Of a stretch of 64,000 nucleotides of DNA, positions 57,290 to 64,000 are shown one piece after another. The stretch's first letter is position 1. Each line of letters starts with the position of its first letter. The position numbers and the translations under genes were made by a program. The DNA comes from Phycisphaeraceae bacterium (GTDB lineage Bacteria; Planctomycetota; Phycisphaerae; Phycisphaerales; Phycisphaeraceae), in the NCBI GenBank assembly GCA_963674705.1, contig OY771506.1, positions 672,001 through 736,000 of the forward strand, given 5' to 3'. The notes below the pieces were generated by a model. That model ran no database searches. It was not told the origin of the DNA and saw only the letters and a program-made list of their open reading frames with translations.

Positions 57290-60178
57290 CTAATTCTCCT
57301 CTGCGATGCGTTTGAAGTAGGCTTCGGCTTGCTCGCGGTATTGGGTGGGTAGGGTTTGCAGTTGGACGGCCTGGAGGTTGTCGATGGTGGAGGGTTCGGC
57401 GTTGATGACTTCGGCGTATTGGTCGGGGTCGAGGTCGCTGTCGATGGATCGGCCTTGAGCACGGCGGGCGTTATTGCGGGCGCGGCGTGATTCGCTGTCG
57501 CTGTTGGGTTGGCCGGGCATTTGTGGGCCGATCATGGAAAGGCGCGCCATGTTGCCGGCCATGCCGTAGCCTGAACCGCCTTGAAGACCTGAACCCGGCG
57601 CGCGTTGGCCGGCGGCCATCTGTTGTAAGAGGCTCTGCATGTTCTGGCGGGGCAGGTTGAAGCAACCGTCGAGGTCGCTGCTTGCTTGTGCCTGGGCTTG
57701 ATCGACATCGGTCAGTAGCGAATCGAGTTGGTCGGCGGCTTCACGCGCGGCCTGATGTGCGAGCGGTCCGTTGCCTGCGTTGGCGGCTTTTTCGGCGGCG
57801 GATTGCGTGGAGACGATGCCCAGGCTGTCGATCCGGTCAGCGATGTCCAGCGCGCCGTTACTCATGCGCGGCAGCGTCTGGCTTGCATCTTCGGCCGCTT
57901 CACGCAGGGCCTGGGCTGCATCTTCCAATTCATCTCGCAGTTCGGCCTGTTCTTGGGCAAGCTTCTCAGCACGGGCCTGGTCTTGCGGCGAAAGCGGATT
58001 CGACTCGGCCAGGCTCGATAGACGCACCGCCAACTCATCCTGCGCCAGCGCGACCCGGCGGATGCGCTCGCCCTGCTGCATCAAGTCGTCGGCATGCCGG
58101 AGTTTTTCAAGCTCCGCTTGTGTGTATTCGGTTTGCTGCCGGGTTTCTTCGGAGAACGGTTCGTTCATCAATGCGAATTCGTCGGCAAGCTCTTGCATCT
58201 GCGATGGCTGGGACTGGCTGGAGTCGCTGTTTAGATGTTCGAGCGCATCATTGAGTGCTTGAGCGAGTTGCTGCTGGTTTTCCAAGTCGTCGGCGAGCTG
58301 CTCGAGCATCTGCTTGTAGTTTTCTTCAAACTCATACAGCGAGGATTGATCGGTGCGTTGATTCAGCTCCTCCGCCAGCTCAGAGCTTTGTTCGGCATAA
58401 TCGGTGAGGGCCTGCTGCAACTGCTGCATGGCTTGTTGTTGCTCATCGGTGAGCGCTTCGCCTGCGTTGAGCTGGTTCTGCAACTCGGCTAGTTCGTGGA
58501 GTAGTTCATCGCGCTGAGCTTCGAGATCACCTAAGCGATCGAGTATCACTTCGTACTCCGCGGCAAGGTCATCGATGCGGTACTGCGTGCGGGCGAGGTC
58601 CATGTACTGCTGCATGGTGATGATGTGGATCGCGTGGACGGGGGACTCGGTGGACTGCGGGGCGTCCGGATGATTGTCCTGCGCGCTGGCGAAGTATTTG
58701 AGCGTATCGCCTGCTCTTGCGTTGAACAGGTGCGGCTGGATGGTGTAGGCGGACCGGGCGACGGTGTGTGATGATTTTTCGAAAACGAGTTCGAGGTCGA
58801 TCGGCTGTGTAGGTTGATCGTTGATGCCGAGGTGTAGCGTGGTTTGATTGATGGCGATGTCGTCACCGGCTACGAATGTTGTATCGATCGGCCAACCTTC
58901 GGGGACGACGGCCTGACGGTCGGGCTCGAGGATATCGATCTTCGGCGGACGATCGGGAAGCGCGGTGAGTTTGCCTTGCAGTGTGTCGACGCCGGGCTTG
59001 TTGTCTGAGCCGGAGAGGGTGAGTTTGAATTCGCCTGAATATTGCAGGGGGAAAGTGACGGCTGCGATGCGCGCGTCGGTCGGGTTGGGCGTGAGTTGAT
59101 AGGTTTGGTCGGTGGGGGTTTGGTTGTTGGATGGTGTTGATGTAGTAAGTTCGAGCGAGCCGCCTGCGAGTGTGGTGTTGCTTTCGATGTGCAGCGTGAT
59201 GCTGGAGCCGGTAAGTGCACGGATGCCTGTGGAGGTCAGGCGGTAGTGTGCATCGGGCCAGTTGGTGTAGTCGGGGTAGTCGTATGTGATGGTTGCGCGT
59301 TCGATTAAGGGGGAGGTGTCGGGGGTGAGTGTGTAGAGCTTGCTTCGGCCGCGCTGTGTGGTGATGTAGAAACGGCGTGGGGTTTCGACGCGCTCTAGGC
59401 GGAGGGCGTAGTGGTAGGTTGTGTCCTCTTGCTGAACCGTTTGGTCTGGCGCGAACGTGCGATACATCGGCAAAGGTTGGGACTTGACATCGTCATCGAC
59501 GAAGACGATATGCGCCGGGCCGAGTTCGCCGGGGGCGGAGAGGTTGGCACGGATGGTGGCCGGTTTGCCGAGGTAGACGGGTTCGGGATCGATGCGGACA
59601 TGGAACTGAACGAGCGTGAAAGGCGGCAGGTCGGCAAGGGGCAGGACCAGGCGGGGGATCACGGCGTGGAAGATGGACGGGATAAGCAGGTAGATGATGA
59701 GTAAGCCGACGACGACTGCTGCGGCGGGTTTGAAAGCTTCCTTGACGGGGCGGCGGTCGATGATGGAATCAGGCGCGATGTCTTTGGCCGTCGCTTCGGC
59801 TTGCTCGATCGCTTCAGCTCGCAGCGAGGCGCTTGTGTGTGGATCGTTTTGCGATGCGAGGTCGATCGCGTTGATGAGCTGGTTATCCTTAATATCCAGG
59901 CGTTTTTCGATGTAGAGTGCGGCAGTGCGGATATCCGATTGGCCACGCAACATCGAACGCAGCAGCGGGCGCAGCGCCCAGACGGCAGCGGCGATGATCG
60001 CAAGATCAAGCAGCAACAGACCCGCGCCGGACAGAGCGTACCCCGCGTCGATCAAAACAGCGCCGGCGATGGATAACACGATGACTAATACCGCGCGCAG
60101 CGCATGACTTATCTGTTCGACGAGGTGCGTGGAACTTGCGACGTGATTCGTCAGGCGGTTGATGTGCGGGGTGTTCAT
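57290..60178 (-). CDS. Large membrane-anchored coiled-coil protein (DUF4175-like)
   Basis: N-terminal TMs, Ig-like region, Gln-rich coiled coil, C-terminal LPTQYREQAEAYFKRI; ATGA coupling. Confidence 0.8.
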   Translation of the reverse strand: MNTPHINRLTNHVASSTHLVEQISHALRAVLVIVLSIAGAVLIDAGYALSGAGLLLLDLAIIAAAVWALRPLLRSMLRGQSDIRTAALYIEKRLDIKDNQLINAIDLASQNDPHTSASLRAEAIEQAEATAKDIAPDSIIDRRPVKEAFKPAAAVVVGLLIIYLLIPSIFHAVIPRLVLPLADLPPFTLVQFHVRIDPEPVYLGKPATIRANLSAPGELGPAHIVFVDDDVKSQPLPMYRTFAPDQTVQQEDTTYHYALRLERVETPRRFYITTQRGRSKLYTLTPDTSPLIERATITYDYPDYTNWPDAHYRLTSTGIRALTGSSITLHIESNTTLAGGSLELTTSTPSNNQTPTDQTYQLTPNPTDARIAAVTFPLQYSGEFKLTLSGSDNKPGVDTLQGKLTALPDRPPKIDILEPDRQAVVPEGWPIDTTFVAGDDIAINQTTLHLGINDQPTQPIDLELVFEKSSHTVARSAYTIQPHLFNARAGDTLKYFASAQDNHPDAPQSTESPVHAIHIITMQQYMDLARTQYRIDDLAAEYEVILDRLGDLEAQRDELLHELAELQNQLNAGEALTDEQQQAMQQLQQALTDYAEQSSELAEELNQRTDQSSLYEFEENYKQMLEQLADDLENQQQLAQALNDALEHLNSDSSQSQPSQMQELADEFALMNEPFSEETRQQTEYTQAELEKLRHADDLMQQGERIRRVALAQDELAVRLSSLAESNPLSPQDQARAEKLAQEQAELRDELEDAAQALREAAEDASQTLPRMSNGALDIADRIDSLGIVSTQSAAEKAANAGNGPLAHQAAREAADQLDSLLTDVDQAQAQASSDLDGCFNLPRQNMQSLLQQMAAGQRAPGSGLQGGSGYGMAGNMARLSMIGPQMPGQPNSDSESRRARNNARRAQGRSIDSDLDPDQYAEVINAEPSTIDNLQAVQLQTLPTQYREQAEAYFKRIAEEN

Positions 60179-62397
60179 AGCAGCCCCCCTGCTCTTCGGA
60201 GGATCCACTCGACGCCCGCCCATGAAAGGATCAATGACATGATCCAGCCGTGGTTCCATGCGTAGACGGGTTTAGGCGGCGTTTGCATCGCTTGCTGCTG
60301 TTTATCGAGCAGTTTGAAAAACTCATCGGGATCGTCTGCATTCAGGCATCGGCCGCCGCTGGTTTCGGAGAGGGTGCGCAGTGCGCTGCGGTTGGCGCTG
60401 GTGTGCATGCGTTCGATGTCGATGTGGTAGCAGTTGAACTGGGCGCGCATGCTCTGGCCGGGCGCATCGGGCGCGTGAGCGGTGACGGTGTAGACGCCGG
60501 GCATATCGGGGTGCAGCTCAGCGCGTCGGCGTGTGGTGACGCCGGGGACGGGGGCGAGTTCAACCGTAGAGCGCGAACCATCGGGCGCTTCGACGACGAC
60601 GAGCGGATCGATCGAATCGAAGCCGCTTCGGCTGATCAGATCGAGTTGGATCGGATCGCCGATCTGTACGCCGAGGCGAGACAGGCGCAGGCTGATAGGG
60701 ACGCCGGGCTTGAAGTCGCTGCCGAGCGCGAGCCAGCGGACGCTATCCATCCAGAAGCGGTCGAATGTGTCGTTGGTCTGGTCGCTTCTTCGTGGTCGCA
60801 GCGCCCAGCGCCAGAGGCCTTCACCCAAGATGGACACGACCATGCCGCGGCCATAGGGCATGGTGACGATAGCGGGTTGGCCTTGGGTTTGATTGTGTGC
60901 AATACCTTTGGGACGTGTGCGTGCGAGCACGCGCGCGGCGGCTTTTTCACGGATGACGACGGGGATGTTGATGAGTGTGGGCGAATCGATTGATTGGTCA
61001 TGACTGGGCGGCGGCTGCAACATGCCGATCGGTTCGAGGTCGAGTTGCTGGTTGTGCAGCGAGCCTTGGCCGAAGATGACGGGTTCGACGCTCGATAGCA
61101 CAGACGCTGTTTGCTGGTCTTCATCAAGCTCGGGGTCGTATGCTCTGCCGCGTGCGAAGACGAGTCGGCCGCCGTGCTGGGAAACGTAATCGGGCAATAG
61201 CGCGATGGTATCTTCGCTAAGCACGTTCGCGATGCTTTGGCCGAGGATGATGATGTCGTATCGGCCCAGGTCTTCGAGTGTCTGGGGCAACTCGGCGGAT
61301 GTGCCATAAAGCGAGACGATGGCTTCGCGTTTGTCGGGGGTGATCTGCGTGATCTGCGTCAGTTCGATGCGTGCATCTTTGCGCAGCGCGTGGGCGAGGA
61401 ACTTGGTGTCCCAGTAGGGTTGGCCTTCCAGTAACAGGACGCGCAAACGTTTGGCTGTGACTTCGACGAAGACGGGCTGCGTGTTGTTGTTGTCGTCGAC
61501 TTCGCCGGGGATGGGGTCGGCCCAGACGCGGTAATCGTACGTGCCCGGTTCGTTGTGCACGATCGGGACGTCGATGGCGGCGGTGTCTTTGCCGTTGAAC
61601 GTAATGGGCAGCGTCTGGAGGTTATCGCCCTGCTGCACGTGCACGAACATATTTTCCTGGCCGATGTTGGATCGCATGACGCTGACGGTGATCGAGCCGG
61701 GCTCTTCAGCGAAGAGGTATGGCTGTCGCGGCACGGCAACGACGGCGAGGTCGCGCGCCATGCCCGGGCCACCGAGCGGGACGGTATAGATCGGGCAAGC
61801 GCGTGAGCGTGCGAGTTGGCCGACCGGGTGCATGGGCGCGTTGAGCGTGTCCCGACCGTCGGAGAAGATGAGCATAACCGAGCCGGGCGGGACGGTTTCG
61901 ATCAGGCTGTCTGAGACAGATTGGGCGATGTTGGATACATCAGCGGTTGAAACGGTTTCGCCCGGCTGTTGCAACACATCATCGGTGATCGAGCGCAGCG
62001 ACCTGTCGAATGTGAAGAGCTGCACGTCGTAGTCCTCGCGGAGTTGCTCAAGCCAATCGGGGGTCAGCCAGTGCGTGCGAGCGAAGTCGTAGCGCGGCTG
62101 CTGCTCGACATCGGCGGTCTGCATCGAGGCGGAGCTATCCAGCAGGATGCGCAGCACAGGCCGGTTCATATACGCGCTGCCGGCCTGCATGATGCTCGGG
62201 CCCATGAGCAGGGTTGTGACGGCCGCGATCAGGATGATGCGCATGGTGAGTGTGAATGCGCCGAGCGTCGGTTTTTGCAGTGTGGAGCGTGAGTATGACC
62301 AGACGGATAAACCGATCAGCACGGCTGTGGCGGCGAGCGTGAGGGTCGGCGGGAAGTACGGCCGCCAGAACATGGCTAGTGGCAACGTGCAGATCAT
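60175..62397 (-). CDS. vWA / glutamine-amidotransferase-like domain membrane protein
   Basis: LLDSSASM, FSDGRDT, VLLLEGQPYWD, LWRW, EWILRRAGGLL; ATGA coupling. Confidence 0.82.
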   Translation of the reverse strand: MICTLPLAMFWRPYFPPTLTLAATAVLIGLSVWSYSRSTLQKPTLGAFTLTMRIILIAAVTTLLMGPSIMQAGSAYMNRPVLRILLDSSASMQTADVEQQPRYDFARTHWLTPDWLEQLREDYDVQLFTFDRSLRSITDDVLQQPGETVSTADVSNIAQSVSDSLIETVPPGSVMLIFSDGRDTLNAPMHPVGQLARSRACPIYTVPLGGPGMARDLAVVAVPRQPYLFAEEPGSITVSVMRSNIGQENMFVHVQQGDNLQTLPITFNGKDTAAIDVPIVHNEPGTYDYRVWADPIPGEVDDNNNTQPVFVEVTAKRLRVLLLEGQPYWDTKFLAHALRKDARIELTQITQITPDKREAIVSLYGTSAELPQTLEDLGRYDIIILGQSIANVLSEDTIALLPDYVSQHGGRLVFARGRAYDPELDEDQQTASVLSSVEPVIFGQGSLHNQQLDLEPIGMLQPPPSHDQSIDSPTLINIPVVIREKAAARVLARTRPKGIAHNQTQGQPAIVTMPYGRGMVVSILGEGLWRWALRPRRSDQTNDTFDRFWMDSVRWLALGSDFKPGVPISLRLSRLGVQIGDPIQLDLISRSGFDSIDPLVVVEAPDGSRSTVELAPVPGVTTRRRAELHPDMPGVYTVTAHAPDAPGQSMRAQFNCYHIDIERMHTSANRSALRTLSETSGGRCLNADDPDEFFKLLDKQQQAMQTPPKPVYAWNHGWIMSLILSWAGVEWILRRAGGLL

Positions 62398-63998
62398 CGT
62401 CTCCAGTGTCCGAGTAAAAACATCTCCGCTGCCAGCAACACACACGCCACCAGCAACGGCCAACCCCACAGTCCCTTGTGTTCGTCCGCTTGTGCCTGTG
62501 ATGCCTGAGCGGTCGTGCTGACCTGTGCGACACGGTCGGTCAGGACGGCTGTGATCTCGTCTGCATTGATCAGCTGCAGGTCGCCTTCGCGCGGATCGAT
62601 ATTGACCGCCACTGTGCCGAGCAAGGTATCGCCCTGGCGTGCGGTGTAGAAGCCGGGCGAATCAGGTGAGGTGATGATGATGTCGGAGGTTGGTTCGCCG
62701 AGGACGAGCGAGGCATCAGTTGGCGTTCGGCCGTCAGGCAGGTAGGCGGTTGGCGCGGAGGCGCTTCGGTCGATAGGGACATCGGTCGAGAGTGTGGCGG
62801 ATCGGCCGACGTGGTTTTCGATCGGTCTTGCGTTTGTGTTTTGCAGGTAGTCGGCGGTGCATTGCATGAGCGCGACAAAGAGGCTGTGTTTGCCGAGGTC
62901 GCTTTGCTTAGCGTCGGGGCTGAAGTTGGCGATCATGATCCGACCTGCGCCGCTATTGCGCGAAAGCAGCGCGGGGGTATCGTCTTGGTAGCGCAAGAGG
63001 ATGCTTGCATTCGGATCGGCGTGCCCCCCTACCCATGCGTGATTGATTTGCATCTGTTGAAAAGCATGCTGGGCGGTTTCGCTGAATCCTGAGAGCAAAG
63101 GCGAACGCCAGTCGCCGTGCGTGATGGTAAGCGGCTTCTGCGCAGGCTCGATAATGCGCAGCGCTTCAGGTTGCCAGAGCGGATCGACATCCGGCTTGAG
63201 CGATTCGAGCGCGGAGAGGTTGGCGACAGCGTTGATATCGGTCGCGAAGAATATCACGCCCCCACCGCTTTCGATGTATTGATGCAGAGCGCTTAGTTGG
63301 GTATCCGAGAATATTTGCGTTTGGCCGATGAAGACAGCGGCGGCGGAGTTGATGTCGGGCGAGAATGGTTCGGAGCTGTGCTTGTGGTTGACGATGAAGC
63401 GGTCGAGGTTGCTGCCGTGCGGAGCGAGCGCGCGGGAGATGAAGTAGCTTGCGCCCCCCCCGGAAGCGCCGGAAGTATCAGCATTATCGTCGCTGATAAG
63501 CAAGATGGGGGTTTGCTCGACGCCGTAGAGTACCTGGTAGCAGGTGTTGTCGATCGCAAGCGCATCGGTGGACAGCTTGAACTCTGCGCGGTGTTCGCCC
63601 GGCCGATTGAGTGTAGCGGTGAAGACGACCTCACGGCTTTGTCGCGGCTCGATCGTGATCGGTCTGGGCTGCAGTGCTTGCTCACCGATGGATGCATGAA
63701 CCGTAACGGATTGCATCTGCTCGCTGTGGTTCGCGACGGTGACATGCAGGTTGAACGGCTGGCCGACGCGCGGGTTTGTCGGCTGCGAAACCGGCGAATG
63801 GATGGAGAGGTTTGTCGGGGAGCGAGCGGGCGGCGTGTAGATGGCGACGTTCACATCGTCGGGCAGTGTCATGTGTTGATCGAGTTGTGTAAGCGTGTCG
63901 GTCCAGTTGGTTTGCTGGAGGTCGGAGAGGATGAACAGGCGTGTCTGGCCGTCGTGTTCGGCGAGCATGCGACCGGCCAGCGAAAGCGCGGCGTTGAG
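62394..63998 (-). CDS. BatA/vWA-type membrane protein, 5' end outside the window
   Basis: LFILSDLQ vWA strand, DALAIDN, AVNIDPREGDL, C-terminal TM; frame stays open to the window edge. Confidence 0.78.
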   Translation of the reverse strand, partial: LNAALSLAGRMLAEHDGQTRLFILSDLQQTNWTDTLTQLDQHMTLPDDVNVAIYTPPARSPTNLSIHSPVSQPTNPRVGQPFNLHVTVANHSEQMQSVTVHASIGEQALQPRPITIEPRQSREVVFTATLNRPGEHRAEFKLSTDALAIDNTCYQVLYGVEQTPILLISDDNADTSGASGGGASYFISRALAPHGSNLDRFIVNHKHSSEPFSPDINSAAAVFIGQTQIFSDTQLSALHQYIESGGGVIFFATDINAVANLSALESLKPDVDPLWQPEALRIIEPAQKPLTITHGDWRSPLLSGFSETAQHAFQQMQINHAWVGGHADPNASILLRYQDDTPALLSRNSGAGRIMIANFSPDAKQSDLGKHSLFVALMQCTADYLQNTNARPIENHVGRSATLSTDVPIDRSASAPTAYLPDGRTPTDASLVLGEPTSDIIITSPDSPGFYTARQGDTLLGTVAVNIDPREGDLQLINADEITAVLTDRVAQVSTTAQASQAQADEHKGLWGWPLLVACVLLAAEMFLLGHWRR

Positions 63999-64000
63999 AT

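Overview
High-GC bacterial chromosomal window, most likely from a Phycisphaerae planctomycete. This is an inference from the many PEP-CTERM proteins with a dockerin-like duplicated EF-hand tail, the prepilin/H-X9-DG proteins, the BatA/vWA/DUF4159 operon and the REP-like repeats. 1-19.4 kb is a candidate amino-sugar polysaccharide-utilisation locus: SSS transporter, two DUF4874/DUF4832-like paralogues, ROK and GntR/LacI regulators with visible operators, sugar kinase plus nucleotidyltransferase, Gfo/Idh/MocA oxidoreductase, prepilin-like protein and four tandem PEP-CTERM proteins including a spherulin-4/GH135-like enzyme. It is followed by a Tat-exported PaoABC/XDH-like molybdoenzyme, GH43, thrS, assorted secreted proteins, trmB, XrtA-system glycosyltransferase and deacetylase, a spmA-spmB-dacB/LD-carboxypeptidase cell-wall cluster, an amidase, and a DUF4159/vWA operon. 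The most notable unannotated signals are: (1) a thrL-like Thr-rich leader peptide with a full attenuator upstream of thrS; (2) three near-identical perfect 29-35 bp palindromes, all in convergent intergenic gaps, at least two followed by decayed ArsR-like genes; (3) intergenic repeat elements inserted in frame inside an amidase; (4) an ankyrin gene bracketed by identical 36-bp direct repeats; (5) an apparent strand-composition switch near 53.2-53.9 kb. No rRNA, tRNA, CRISPR array or transposase was seen.
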